From the IMG/VR virus record IMGVR_UViG_3300028394_003336: DNA of 64,000 bases. The stretch is one strand, 5' to 3'. Every line of letters begins with the position of its first letter. The first letter of the stretch is position 1. The position numbers were made by a program, and so were the translations under genes. The notes beneath the pieces were generated by a model. It saw nothing but the letters and a program-made list of their open reading frames with translations, was not told the DNA's origin and ran no database searches. This stretch comes from a virus. This document shows positions 1-10,660 of this stretch, one piece after another.

Positions 1-2
1 TT

Positions 3-1010
3 GAAAAAAAATATAAAGACAACCTTCCATTAAAACTTCCATTTGACCCACAAAAAAGACTTAAAATTTTAATTTCTTGTTTATTTTTTAGAACATTTAC
101 AGGTTCTGAATTATACGTTTATGAATTAGCAAAAAATTTATTAAGTCAAAATTGTGATGTTACTGTGATGTCTCAAATAGGAGGACCATTAACAGATATG
201 GCAAAAAAGATTGGGATTAAGTGTATTACGTTTGAACAAGCACCAGGATTCAAACTTGGTGATGGTGTGTGGACTTTTGATGCTGGTAATGGACCACAAG
301 TTTCAACGCCAAATATGATGTATAGGGTTTCAGATGTTAATTTTGATTTAATCCATATGCAACATAAACCTGTTGCGGAAAGAATGATTCAATTTTATCC
401 TGAAATTGACAAAATATATTCAATTCATTCTGAGGTTATAGAATTAGAAGACCCAATTAAACACGAATCAATTAAAAAATATATTGCAATTAGACCCGAG
501 ATTAAGGAATACATAATTAATAATTTTGAAATTCCTGAAAAAGATATTGAAGTTATTTATAATCCTGTGGATAATGAAAAATTCAAATCAAGACCTTCAA
601 AGGTTCAAAATGCTGTTTTATTTGTCGGTACCATAGATTATTTGAGAAGAGAAACAATTATGGATTTAATTGATTACACAAAAGATAATAATAAAGAACT
701 TTGGTTAATGGGTGAGGATAAACAAAATTATCTCATATCAATTTTAACACAGCCACACGTTAAACATTTTAAACCAGGTTGGAACGTTGAAAAACTAATT
801 AATGAATGTGATGAAACTGCAGGAATACAATTAGGAAGAACAACAATTGAAAGTTGGTTATGTGGAAAACCGAGCTGGATTTATAAGGTAAATTCATATG
901 GAAATATTGAGTCCAAAGAAAAATTTGACCCACCTACTGATTTAGAAAAATACTATGCAAACAATGTTGTCAAACAAATCAAAGAACAATATTTAAAGAT
1001 TCTCTCATGA
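3..1010 (+). CDS. Glycosyltransferase, GT-B/GT4-like (5'-partial)
   Basis: Frame is open from the window edge (EKKYKDNLP...TGSELYVYELAK); contains VIYNPVD and LFVG motifs typical of GT4. Confidence 0.75.
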   Translation, partial: EKKYKDNLPLKLPFDPQKRLKILISCLFFRTFTGSELYVYELAKNLLSQNCDVTVMSQIGGPLTDMAKKIGIKCITFEQAPGFKLGDGVWTFDAGNGPQVSTPNMMYRVSDVNFDLIHMQHKPVAERMIQFYPEIDKIYSIHSEVIELEDPIKHESIKKYIAIRPEIKEYIINNFEIPEKDIEVIYNPVDNEKFKSRPSKVQNAVLFVGTIDYLRRETIMDLIDYTKDNNKELWLMGEDKQNYLISILTQPHVKHFKPGWNVEKLINECDETAGIQLGRTTIESWLCGKPSWIYKVNSYGNIESKEKFDPPTDLEKYYANNVVKQIKEQYLKILS

Positions 1011-1717
1011 TTATTTTAACAACAACATATAATTGTGCTCCGTATGTTGAAAGGAGTCTACTGAGTATTATGTCTCAGAGATTCAAAGATTTTACTTGTT
1101 ACATACTTGATGATGTGTCTACTGACAACACAAAAGAAATTGTAAAAAAAACAATAGAGGGTGATTCAAGATTTATACTTGTTGAAAATCACACTAAGTT
1201 TTACCAACCAGGAAATTACGACCAAGTAATAAATTGGAGAGCAATTTCTGGTGATGAAATTTGTGTTGAGGTTGATGGTGATGATTGGTTACCAAACTCA
1301 AATGTTTTTGACTTAATCAATGAAACATATAAAGACCCTGAAGTTTGGATGACAAGTGGTTCATTCAAATATCACGATGGAAGACCAGGGTTTGCTAATC
1401 CCCCTACTCACTTTACTAACGTTAGAAAACAAGCCTTCACTCTTTCTCATCTTAGAACTTGGAAATCTTGGTTATGGAAAAAAATCAAAGAAGAAGATTT
1501 AAGAGATGAAAATGGTAATTACTGGAGCGTTGCTGGTGACTTATCATTCATGTTTCCAATGTTTGAAATGTCAGGACAAGAACACTATAGATTTTTACCA
1601 AACATAAATTACATTTACAACGAATCTAACCCAATTAATGACCATAAAGTTAACATGTCTAATGTTACTCAAACGGTAAATAAAATAAGAAATAAAACAC
1701 CATATACAAAATTATGA
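1007..1717 (+). CDS. Glycosyltransferase family 2
   Basis: TTYN, ILDDVSTD and VDGDDW GT-A motifs. Confidence 0.9.
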   Translation: MIILTTTYNCAPYVERSLLSIMSQRFKDFTCYILDDVSTDNTKEIVKKTIEGDSRFILVENHTKFYQPGNYDQVINWRAISGDEICVEVDGDDWLPNSNVFDLINETYKDPEVWMTSGSFKYHDGRPGFANPPTHFTNVRKQAFTLSHLRTWKSWLWKKIKEEDLRDENGNYWSVAGDLSFMFPMFEMSGQEHYRFLPNINYIYNESNPINDHKVNMSNVTQTVNKIRNKTPYTKL

Positions 1718-2361
1718 GTTTTCATTCAATCGTTGAATCAATAATATTTTATAGAAATTCAAAAAACAAAATAAATAATATCTTGCACATTGGTGCATGT
1801 TTAGGAGAAGAATTATCTTTTTATAAAGAATTAAATCCAGAAAAAATTTATTGGTTTGAACCAAACCCAAAATTATTAGAACAGTTAAAATATAATGTAA
1901 CTAATCAATCATTTGAAAGTTTAGTATTTCCATACGCGGTTAGTAATAAAAAAGGTACTGCGGAATTTAACATTATTGAAAATACTAAAAAAACAAATCC
2001 TGGATGTTCATCATTACAAAATTTAAAAGTTCATGCAGAATTATATCAAGACATTACCAAGGTTGATACCTGTATTGTTAATACAATTAACATTGATGAA
2101 TTTTTACAAGAAAATAATTTAGAAACAAATTTTGATTTAGTAAGTTTAGATACTCAAGGTCACGACTATGAAATTTTAAGTTCAAGCGAACTTATTTTTA
2201 ATAGTAAAATAATTGTGATTGAAACGGCTAAAGTAGAACTCTATGAAGGCCAAAAAATAGATGTTGAAATTGAAGAATTTTTAAATTCTAAAGGGTATAG
2301 TAAATACTACTACCATGAATTCCATTCTACATGGGGAGATACATTATATGTTAAAAATTAA
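1714..2361 (+). CDS. FkbM-family SAM methyltransferase
   Basis: HIGACLG, FEPNP and LDTQGHD motifs. Confidence 0.85.
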   Translation: MSFHSIVESIIFYRNSKNKINNILHIGACLGEELSFYKELNPEKIYWFEPNPKLLEQLKYNVTNQSFESLVFPYAVSNKKGTAEFNIIENTKKTNPGCSSLQNLKVHAELYQDITKVDTCIVNTINIDEFLQENNLETNFDLVSLDTQGHDYEILSSSELIFNSKIIVIETAKVELYEGQKIDVEIEEFLNSKGYSKYYYHEFHSTWGDTLYVKN

Positions 2362-2366
2362 TACTA

Positions 2367-3140
2367 ATGGAAAACGTATCTTGTATATTAACAATACATA
2401 ATAAAGATTTTTTAATTGAGCGGGTATGTAAGTCTTTGTTAAATAATTTATCTAACAAAACTAATCAACTTATTATTGTTTTTGATGGATGTACTGATAA
2501 TTCTATCCCAATAGTTAAAAACACATTAAAAAATATAACAAAATTAAAAATTGATTATGTTTACACTGATAACGTTTTTGAGACTAAAGCAAACAATGCG
2601 GGGTTAAAAATCGTTGATAACGATTACGCATTATTAATTCAAGATGATATGGTTGTTAATGAAAAAGATTTTGACATTAGAATGTTAAAACCATATCAAA
2701 CATTTAATGATGTTTTTGCGGTAACCTCATTTATTGCACACAACAATATATATAATGAACAAATTAAAGAAATTAATTATATTGATATGGCAAATAAAAA
2801 AGATTCGTCTAGGGATATTTTTTATGCCCGAGAATATGGAAATAGAGGACCTTTAATGTACAACTATCAAGATGTGGTAAAACTTAATTATTTGGACGAA
2901 TGGTTCTCTCCACAAAATTATGATGATATGGATATCTCAATTAGGGCATTTAAAGAATTAAAAAAAGTATCAGGATTATATTGGATAGATTATACATCAG
3001 ACCCAAGATGGGGTTCTACTCGTCAAAAAAATCATGATTTACATCATAATTTAGTTAAGGTAAATTCTCAAAAAATTTTAGAAAGGCATAAAGATTTACT
3101 TTATGGTGATAAATTTATTGAAAATAGAGAATTAAAATGA
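2367..3140 (+). CDS. Glycosyltransferase family 2
   Basis: VFDGCTD, ANNAGL and IQDD motifs. Confidence 0.85.
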   Translation: MENVSCILTIHNKDFLIERVCKSLLNNLSNKTNQLIIVFDGCTDNSIPIVKNTLKNITKLKIDYVYTDNVFETKANNAGLKIVDNDYALLIQDDMVVNEKDFDIRMLKPYQTFNDVFAVTSFIAHNNIYNEQIKEINYIDMANKKDSSRDIFYAREYGNRGPLMYNYQDVVKLNYLDEWFSPQNYDDMDISIRAFKELKKVSGLYWIDYTSDPRWGSTRQKNHDLHHNLVKVNSQKILERHKDLLYGDKFIENRELK

Positions 3141-3733
3141 AAATAAAACCGTCAAACGATACCGAATGGAGACAACAAAATGGTGATTATACATACAGAA
3201 TTAATTATCCATTAACGAACAATTCAATTGTTGTTGATTTGGGGGCAAGACATGGACATTGGTCAGAATTAATTAGAAAGAAATATTCACCAAAAATATA
3301 TTGTTTTGAAGTTGTTAGTGAATTTTGTAATCAATTAAAAAATTTAAATTATAAAACATTTTGTATTGCGGTTTCTGATAAAAAAGAAAAAGTTAAATTA
3401 GGAATTGTCCAATCAGAAGCATCATTATTTTTTAAAGAATCTACATTTGAAAGTGAATCAATTCCCGCAAATGAAATATTTGAAATTATTAATGAAGAAC
3501 ACATTGATTTAATGAAAATAAATGTTGAAGGTGCTGAGTATTCAATTTTAAAAAATTTAATTGAGACTAATTCAATAATTAAAATAAAAAATATACAAGT
3601 ACAATTTCATTTATTTAATGACGAAGAAAATTCTGATTATGATTTAATATCTAAAGAATTATCTAAAACACATAAACTAACTTGGAGATTTCCATTTGTG
3701 TGGGAAAATTGGGAATTAAAATATGAAATTTAA
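3137..3733 (+). CDS. FkbM-family SAM methyltransferase
   Basis: VDLGARHG and KINVEGAE motifs. Confidence 0.85.
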   Translation: MKIKPSNDTEWRQQNGDYTYRINYPLTNNSIVVDLGARHGHWSELIRKKYSPKIYCFEVVSEFCNQLKNLNYKTFCIAVSDKKEKVKLGIVQSEASLFFKESTFESESIPANEIFEIINEEHIDLMKINVEGAEYSILKNLIETNSIIKIKNIQVQFHLFNDEENSDYDLISKELSKTHKLTWRFPFVWENWELKYEI

Positions 3734-4418
3734 TATATCTTTTTTTACAGACGAAAATTTTAGATTCAGAGAAAATCTATTATTAGAACGATATCAAAAT
3801 ATGAAATTTGATAACGTATTTGTGCACACATCAGAAGAAATAAGAAATACTGATTTTTACAAAGAATTTAAACATATTTTAGACCAACCAAAGGGCGCAG
3901 GATATTGTTTATGGAAACCATACATTATATTAGAAGATTTAAATAAAATGGATGATGGCGATGTTTTAGTATATTTGGATGCCGCGGATGATTTAGTGGG
4001 TGATGGTTTACATCATATTAAAATTGCCATGGATAAAAGAGATTATTACATCAGTAATTGGCGTGGAGCAAGAAATAAGCAAAGAGAAAAAACAAAAAAA
4101 GATTGTTTTGTTCTTATGGATTGTGACAATGAGTTTTTTCATAACTTCCCTCAAGTAGAAGCTGGATTTGTAATTTTTAAAAAAAATCAAGATAATGTGA
4201 ATTTTATCAATCAATGGTTAAATTATTGTAAAAACGAAAATATATTGACTGATAAACCAAATGAACATGGGAATAATCTACCTGAATTCAAAAATCATTT
4301 ATACGACCAAAGTGTTTTAACCAATTTAGTTTTAAAAAATAATATAAAACTTTCATATGTTTTAAAAGATAGTGTTGCATATAATGTAGTCCCACCTTCA
4401 AACACCCATAACTTGTAA
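3723..4418 (+). CDS. Putative glycosyltransferase (GT-A-like)
   Basis: WKPYII, VYLDA and HLYDQS motifs; sits in the glycan cluster. Confidence 0.6.
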   Translation: MKFNISFFTDENFRFRENLLLERYQNMKFDNVFVHTSEEIRNTDFYKEFKHILDQPKGAGYCLWKPYIILEDLNKMDDGDVLVYLDAADDLVGDGLHHIKIAMDKRDYYISNWRGARNKQREKTKKDCFVLMDCDNEFFHNFPQVEAGFVIFKKNQDNVNFINQWLNYCKNENILTDKPNEHGNNLPEFKNHLYDQSVLTNLVLKNNIKLSYVLKDSVAYNVVPPSNTHNL

Positions 4419-4452
4419 TTTACATTTAAACACTATTATTTATTCTTAGTAA

Positions 4453-5280
4453 ATGGGAAATTCAATAACCGCAAATTTAATGGGTGGTCTTGGTAATCAA
4501 TTATTTGAAGCCGCTCACGCATTAGCACAAGGTTGGAAGCACAATAGAGAAACTGTATTCCTTCCACATTCATGGACACCAGGTCAAGGTAGAGGTGCCG
4601 AAAATTACATTAACAATGTATTCAGAAATCTAAAGTTTGTTGAAAGAGTTGAAGACACAACTACAGTAAACGAAGGACATTTTGAATATTCAGAAGTTAA
4701 TCCAGTAGAAGGAGATACCGCATTTCACGGATACTTTCAATCAACAAAAAATTGGTTTGGATTTGACGAAAAAATTAGAGAAATCTTCCAGCCACCCGCA
4801 GAACTTGTAGAAGAGTTCATGGGAAAATACCCTCAACTATCTCAACCAAACACATTATCACTTCACGTTAGAAGAAGTGAGTATCTTCAGTTCCCTGAAA
4901 TACACCCTACAATCAGCATAGAATACATTCAAGAGGCTTTAAAAGTTATTGGTGAATATTCTACCGTTTTTGTATTCAGTGACGACCACGACTTTGTAAG
5001 AGAGAATTTAAACTTCCCTTCAGTTATTTTTGTTAACGAACCTGAAGATTACAGAGAATTATGGTTAATGGGGTTATGTCAAAATCATATCATATCAAAC
5101 TCCACATTTTCATGGTGGGGAGTTTTCTTAAATAAAAAACTAAACAAAAAAATCGTTGCACCATCTCGTTGGTTTGGTCCACGAGGTCCTGAGGCAAAAG
5201 ATATCTACGAATCATATTGGAACATAATTCCTTGTGATTGGATTGAGGGCGGTAAATTAATGCCGATTAAAAATGATTAA
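4453..5280 (+). CDS. Alpha-1,2-fucosyltransferase-like, GT11
   Basis: GGLGNQLF, GYFQS, LHVRR and NSTFSWWG motifs. Confidence 0.9.
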   Translation: MGNSITANLMGGLGNQLFEAAHALAQGWKHNRETVFLPHSWTPGQGRGAENYINNVFRNLKFVERVEDTTTVNEGHFEYSEVNPVEGDTAFHGYFQSTKNWFGFDEKIREIFQPPAELVEEFMGKYPQLSQPNTLSLHVRRSEYLQFPEIHPTISIEYIQEALKVIGEYSTVFVFSDDHDFVRENLNFPSVIFVNEPEDYRELWLMGLCQNHIISNSTFSWWGVFLNKKLNKKIVAPSRWFGPRGPEAKDIYESYWNIIPCDWIEGGKLMPIKND

Positions 5281-5899
5281 TACAAATCCTAATAACAAAA
5301 CATGTGACATAGCACACATCAAAAGTATTATAACAATTAACAATTATGATTTAATTGGTGATGTTATTGAATTTGGAACCTTTACAGGTGGAAGTACAAA
5401 AACTTTATCCTTAACATTTCCTAATAAAACAATATTCACAATTGACCATTTTCAGGGGTTAGAACAAACCAATAAGAACGTACCAAGTGATAGTGATTGG
5501 ATTGAAAGAGCATTTGCATTAGACAATCCATTATATGTTGATAACCACAACATACCCAAATCTATTGATGAAGTTAGAGAAAGATTCATGGGTCATGATA
5601 ACATCAAAATGATTATATCCGATGTTCACGACTTAACAGAACCATCTGATTATGGTATTGGTAAAATTTCTGTTTGTAATTTAGATGTTGATATCTATGA
5701 ACCAGCAGTATCTGCATTAGAGTTTTTAACCAAGTGCGAATGGTCTGAAGTATTCATCAGATTTGATGATTGGCACGGTGGTGAACCAGAATATGACCAA
5801 CATGAAAGATTGGCATTTGTAGAATGGATTGAAAAGTATAACTATAAATTTAACATTACTCATGGTGGATACATCGGTGGTGTTTATGTAAAACGATAA
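5273..5899 (+). CDS. TylF/MycF-like O-methyltransferase
   Basis: GDVIEFGT, DHFQGL, LDVDIYE and FDDW motifs. Confidence 0.8.
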   Translation: MINTNPNNKTCDIAHIKSIITINNYDLIGDVIEFGTFTGGSTKTLSLTFPNKTIFTIDHFQGLEQTNKNVPSDSDWIERAFALDNPLYVDNHNIPKSIDEVRERFMGHDNIKMIISDVHDLTEPSDYGIGKISVCNLDVDIYEPAVSALEFLTKCEWSEVFIRFDDWHGGEPEYDQHERLAFVEWIEKYNYKFNITHGGYIGGVYVKR

Positions 5900-5901
5900 A
5901 A

Positions 5902-6735
5902 ATGGAAAAAAAACAAATTAGAAAAGTATCAGATTGGTGGGGTGAATACGATTGTTCATCAAACCGCAACATGCCAAAACACATTCAATGGCTATCAAGA
6001 GACACTGAAACACCACACGAAGTGAGTGTTTATGTTGATAACTACATCAAAGATTGGGGATTCAATGACCCAAAAAGAGATAAGATTGGATGGTTATTAG
6101 AATCGCCTCAAATGAATGAAGGTACCATCAAATATCTCGTTGACAACATTGACATGACAAGGGAACATTTCAAGTGGATTTTCACTTGTATGGATAGTCT
6201 TATTGAATTAGGTGCTCCATTTGTATACAACATTTCAAATGCAGCCCCTTGGATTTGGGAAAAAAACAGAGCAATTCACCCTAAAACTAAATTGGTATCA
6301 ATGATTGCATCTAATAAAGGATGGTTACGTGGGCACCAAAATAGATTACAATGGGTTGAAAAATTAAAAGATAAAGTTGACTTATTTGGTTCAGGAAGAC
6401 CTAATCAATTGAATGATAAAGAAGATGGTTTAAAAGATTACATGTTCTCAGTTGCAATTGAGAATGATAATTCGGATACTTACTTCACAGAAAAATTAAC
6501 CGATTGTTTTGCGATGGGTACAGTTCCAGTTTATTATGGTTCAAGAAAAGTTGTTGAAAAATATTTTGACCCAACAGGAGTTATCTTCTTAGAAGATGAT
6601 GCTGATTTATCAACATTAACATTAGAAAAATATCAATCATTAATGCCAGCAATTGAAAGGAATTTCATAGCTGCGAATAACCTACCTGTATCGGAAGACT
6701 ACATGTGGGAAAATTATTTAAAAAACTTATTTTAA
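5902..6735 (+). CDS. GT10 fucosyltransferase-like protein
   Basis: YMFSVAIEN...YFTEKLTDCF...VPVYYG motif. Confidence 0.8.
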   Translation: MEKKQIRKVSDWWGEYDCSSNRNMPKHIQWLSRDTETPHEVSVYVDNYIKDWGFNDPKRDKIGWLLESPQMNEGTIKYLVDNIDMTREHFKWIFTCMDSLIELGAPFVYNISNAAPWIWEKNRAIHPKTKLVSMIASNKGWLRGHQNRLQWVEKLKDKVDLFGSGRPNQLNDKEDGLKDYMFSVAIENDNSDTYFTEKLTDCFAMGTVPVYYGSRKVVEKYFDPTGVIFLEDDADLSTLTLEKYQSLMPAIERNFIAANNLPVSEDYMWENYLKNLF

Positions 6736-6736
6736 T

Positions 6737-7552
6737 ATGAAATATCTAGTACTTGGCTCATCAGGGCAAATTGGTGCAGAACTTTGTAAATTCTTAAAGA
6801 AAGAAGGTCATGAAGTTTTGACGTTTGATATAGAAGAAAATTCTATGCAAGATTTAAGAATAAAAGGAATTGTTGATTCACATATTAATGAATCAGATTT
6901 TGTGATGTTTTTAGCGTTTGACGTAGGAGGTTCAAGATACTTGAAGAAGTATCAACACACTTATGAGTTTATAGACAACAATGCTAGACTTATGGTTCAC
7001 ACATTTAACGCATTAAAATCATATAGGAAACCATTCATTTTTGCGTCATCTCAAATGTCCAACATGTCGTACTCTCCATATGGAATCGCAAAAGCTTTAG
7101 GTGAATCTTATACAAGGGCTTTGGGAGGCATTACAGTTAAGTTTTGGAACGTTTATGGTCCTGAACATAATTTAGAAAAATCTCACGTAATTACTGACTT
7201 TATCTTAAAGGCACACAATTACGGACATATCACCATGATGACAGACGGAACTGAAGAAAGACAATTCTTGCACGCTGAAGATTGTTCAAACGCTTTAATG
7301 ATTCTTTCTCAAAAATACAATGAAATAGATAGAGACAAAGAATTACACATTACAAATTTTAAGTGGGAGTCTATTCTTGAGGTTGGATTAATTATTAGTG
7401 AAGAAATTCCTTGTAGAATTACTCCAGGAAAAGATACTGATACAGTTCAACTTAATAAAAGAAATGAACCCGACCCGTATATTTTGAATTTTTGGGAACC
7501 AAAGATTTCATTAAAAGAGGGTATAAAAAGAATAATTAAAGAAATGATATGA
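6737..7552 (+). CDS. NAD-dependent nucleotide-sugar epimerase/dehydratase
   Basis: GSSGQIG Rossmann motif, YGIAK, NVYGP. Confidence 0.85.
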   Translation: MKYLVLGSSGQIGAELCKFLKKEGHEVLTFDIEENSMQDLRIKGIVDSHINESDFVMFLAFDVGGSRYLKKYQHTYEFIDNNARLMVHTFNALKSYRKPFIFASSQMSNMSYSPYGIAKALGESYTRALGGITVKFWNVYGPEHNLEKSHVITDFILKAHNYGHITMMTDGTEERQFLHAEDCSNALMILSQKYNEIDRDKELHITNFKWESILEVGLIISEEIPCRITPGKDTDTVQLNKRNEPDPYILNFWEPKISLKEGIKRIIKEMI

Positions 7553-8643
7553 AAAAAATAGTAATATTAGGAGGAGGTGGATTCATCGGAGGACACCTTG
7601 CAAAAAGATTAAAAGAAGAAGGTAATCACGTTAGAATTTGTGATATTAAAAAACACGAATATTTCTTTCAAGACGAAATATGTAACGAATTCATTTTAGG
7701 GGATTTAACAGACCCTAAGGTCGTTGATTTGGTGATTGAAGAAGGAGTTGATGAAGTATATCAATTAGCGGCAGACATGGGTGGAGCTCTTTATATCTTC
7801 ACTGGTGAGAATGATGCAAATTTAATGCATAATTCAGCAACAATTAACTTAAACGTTTCAAGAGAATGTGTTAAGAAAAAAGTTGGTAAAGTATTTTATT
7901 CTTCATCAGCGTGTATGTATCCTGAACACAATCAATTAGACCCATTAAATCCAAACTGTGAAGAAAGTTCTGCATATCCTGCAAATCCAGATTCAGAATA
8001 CGGATGGGAAAAATTATTCTCTGAAAGAGTATTCTTGGCATACCATAGAAATTATAAGTTAAATGTGAGAATTGCGAGATTCCATAACATCTTCGGTCCA
8101 CAAGGTACGTGGAGAGGTGGTAGAGAAAAATCACCAGCAGCAATGTGTAGAAAAGTCGCAGAGTCTAAAGACGGAGATATTATTGAAGTGTGGGGTAACG
8201 GTATGCAAACACGTTCATTCTTATATGTTGAAGAATGTGTTGAAGCTGTTTTAAGATTAATGGATAGTGATTTTACTGGACCTGTTAATATTGGTAGTGA
8301 AGAAATGGTTACAATTAATCAACTTGCTGGAATGGCAATTGCAATTTCTGAAAAGAATTTAGAAATTAAAAATATTGACGGAGAAGAATTTGTTCAAAAA
8401 TATGGTTTCAAATGCCCTTTAGGCGTTAAGGGTAGAAATTCAGATAATAACCTTTATAGAGAAAAAATTGGATGGGAAGTTAGTCAGCCCCTTTCAATCG
8501 GATTAAAAAAGACTTATAATTGGATTAAGTCACAAGTTGACCATGTAGAAATTAACACTCCTTGGATTTATGAAAGTCCTGATGGGGGTAATTCAATCTA
8601 CAGAAGAGAACCAGGTAGTTTAGATAAACAAAAAATTAAATAA
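7549..8643 (+). CDS. GDP-mannose 3,5-epimerase-like extended SDR
   Basis: GGGGFIG, LAADMGG, YSSSACMYP, YGWEK and REKSPAAMCRK motifs. Confidence 0.85.
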   Translation: MKKIVILGGGGFIGGHLAKRLKEEGNHVRICDIKKHEYFFQDEICNEFILGDLTDPKVVDLVIEEGVDEVYQLAADMGGALYIFTGENDANLMHNSATINLNVSRECVKKKVGKVFYSSSACMYPEHNQLDPLNPNCEESSAYPANPDSEYGWEKLFSERVFLAYHRNYKLNVRIARFHNIFGPQGTWRGGREKSPAAMCRKVAESKDGDIIEVWGNGMQTRSFLYVEECVEAVLRLMDSDFTGPVNIGSEEMVTINQLAGMAIAISEKNLEIKNIDGEEFVQKYGFKCPLGVKGRNSDNNLYREKIGWEVSQPLSIGLKKTYNWIKSQVDHVEINTPWIYESPDGGNSIYRREPGSLDKQKIK

Positions 8644-8644
8644 A

Positions 8645-9025
8645 ATGGTAACAGTTCCTGTTAGTGTTGGAGAAATGATTGATAAGTTATCAATACTCCA
8701 AGTAAAAAAGAATAATGTAAAAGATGAAAACAAATTAGTATTCATCAAAAAAGAATTTGAATTACTTTATAATTTTTCTTCGGAATATCTAAGTAACTTA
8801 GAGACAGAATCAATTTATCACAGATTGGTTGAAGTTAATTCTAATCTTTGGGATGTTGAGGATAAATTGAGAATCATGGAAAAAGAACAAAAATTTGATG
8901 ATGAATTTATATCTTTGGCTAGAAAAGTATATTTTACAAATGATGAAAGATTTACATTAAAAAATGAAATTAATCTAATAACGGATTCAGAAATCCGAGA
9001 GATTAAAGATTACGTAAAGTATTAA
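8645..9025 (+). CDS. Conserved protein, DUF6165-like
   Basis: VSVGEMIDKLSIL...LWDVED...ARKVY...ND.R pattern. Confidence 0.65.
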   Translation: MVTVPVSVGEMIDKLSILQVKKNNVKDENKLVFIKKEFELLYNFSSEYLSNLETESIYHRLVEVNSNLWDVEDKLRIMEKEQKFDDEFISLARKVYFTNDERFTLKNEINLITDSEIREIKDYVKY

Positions 9026-9042
9026 ATAACAAAAAAATATTA

Positions 9043-9777
9043 ATGGGTAAAACAACCAGAAGACAACCAACTCAAACACCTACTTTAGAAGTAGGAATTG
9101 CAAAAACAAAAAAACAATTGATTTGTTCAATTGTAAAAAAGAAAACTAAAGAAAAATTTTTATCTGAAAGTCAGAAAATATATTACGAAACATTATCTTC
9201 AAACCAAATAACAATTTGTTCAGGGCCTGCAGGTGTTGGTAAAAGTTACATTGCAATGAAATGTGCTGTAGACTTATTGGTAGACCCTGAAACACCTTAT
9301 GAGAAAATTATAATTGTAAGACCAGCTGTTGAAGCGGAAGAAAAACTTGGAAGTTTACCTGGTGGTGTTGAAGAAAAATTAGACCCTTACATATTTCCAT
9401 CATATTATCTTTTAAATAAGATAATTGGTAAAGAATCAAGGGAGAGGTTAAAAGATGTTGAGGCTATTGAAGTTTTTGCCTTGGCGTATATGAGAGGAAT
9501 GAATATAGATAATTCAATTCTTATTTTTGAAGAGGCTCAAAACTCAACTCCAAGTCAAATGAAACTTTTATTAACAAGAATTGGGTTCAATTCAAAATTT
9601 TTCATATCAGGTGATTTGGAACAATTTGATAGACATAAAGATAAAACACAGACAGGATTATGGGATGCATTAAAAAAATTCCAAAATATGAAGGACATTG
9701 GTGTCTTTGAATTTAATCCCGAAGATATTGTTAGAAATCCATTGATTTCGGACATATTAAAAAGATATGAAGAATGA
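9043..9777 (+). CDS. phoH: PhoH-family ATPase
   Basis: GPAGVGKS, RPAVE, LGSLPG, YMRG, EEAQN and GDLEQ motifs. Confidence 0.95.
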   Translation: MGKTTRRQPTQTPTLEVGIAKTKKQLICSIVKKKTKEKFLSESQKIYYETLSSNQITICSGPAGVGKSYIAMKCAVDLLVDPETPYEKIIIVRPAVEAEEKLGSLPGGVEEKLDPYIFPSYYLLNKIIGKESRERLKDVEAIEVFALAYMRGMNIDNSILIFEEAQNSTPSQMKLLLTRIGFNSKFFISGDLEQFDRHKDKTQTGLWDALKKFQNMKDIGVFEFNPEDIVRNPLISDILKRYEE

Positions 9778-10385
9778 AAATAGGAATAGAAATAAATGGG
9801 GTTTTAAGAGACACTTTAAAAAAAGTTCAGCAAGAGTATGAGAAATGGTACCTTAATGAAAATTTAAAGGAACTTAAATTAATTCAAGACGACCCTAGCA
9901 TTGAAAGAAAAGTAATATCAGACGTTACTTCTTTAGAATTAACTAAACACTTATCATTTAAAGATGAAGATGAGGTTTATAATTTTTTATACAAAGAGCA
10001 CACGATGGAAATTTTTGGTCACGCTGGTTCTGTTGAATACAACGGAATGAGTGAGCTAAATGATTTTTATTTTGATATGAGAGATTCTCATGATATTATC
10101 ATTGTTTCTGATGAAATTGGAAAATCAAAACCAGCATCTCTATTCTTTTTGGCTAAGTTTGGTTGCTTAGTTGAAAACATTAAATTTTATAGTGAAGTTA
10201 CAATTAATTCGTTATGGGATTCAATAGACATTTTACTTACAGCGAATCCTAATCTATTATTAAATCACCCAACAAATAAACGAGTAATAAAATTTAATAC
10301 TGATTATAACTCCAACATTAAAGTTGAGAATGAAATATCAAGTATGAAAGAACTCAAAACAAAAATAGAACAAATATATGCTTAA
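9774..10385 (+). CDS. HAD/5'(3')-nucleotidase-like protein, degenerate catalytic motif
   Basis: N-terminal IGIEINGVLRD resembles DxDGVL but both Asp residues are replaced. Confidence 0.45.
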   Translation: MKIGIEINGVLRDTLKKVQQEYEKWYLNENLKELKLIQDDPSIERKVISDVTSLELTKHLSFKDEDEVYNFLYKEHTMEIFGHAGSVEYNGMSELNDFYFDMRDSHDIIIVSDEIGKSKPASLFFLAKFGCLVENIKFYSEVTINSLWDSIDILLTANPNLLLNHPTNKRVIKFNTDYNSNIKVENEISSMKELKTKIEQIYA

Positions 10386-10659
10386 TGTTTTAGGAGAAAA
10401 TTATTATGTAGATTTAGATGCCATTGAAGAGTATCTTGATATGACTGATGAACTATCTGTAGAACCAACTAGTGGTACAACAGAAATGAGAATTAATATC
10501 ATAAAATTAGAAATGGTTAAAATGATGTTAGAAACTGTATTATCTGAACACGACGATGTTGATGAAAGTTTAGGTATAAAATCATCTACAAAAACAAGTA
10601 TCCCTTTCAAAATCGCATTTAACAGTTTATTAAATAAAAACCTTATCAATCATTATTAA
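10378..10659 (+). CDS. Hypothetical protein
   Basis: Tightly packed ORF in the operon. Confidence 0.75.
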   Translation: MLNVLGENYYVDLDAIEEYLDMTDELSVEPTSGTTEMRINIIKLEMVKMMLETVLSEHDDVDESLGIKSSTKTSIPFKIAFNSLLNKNLINHY

Positions 10660-10660
10660 T

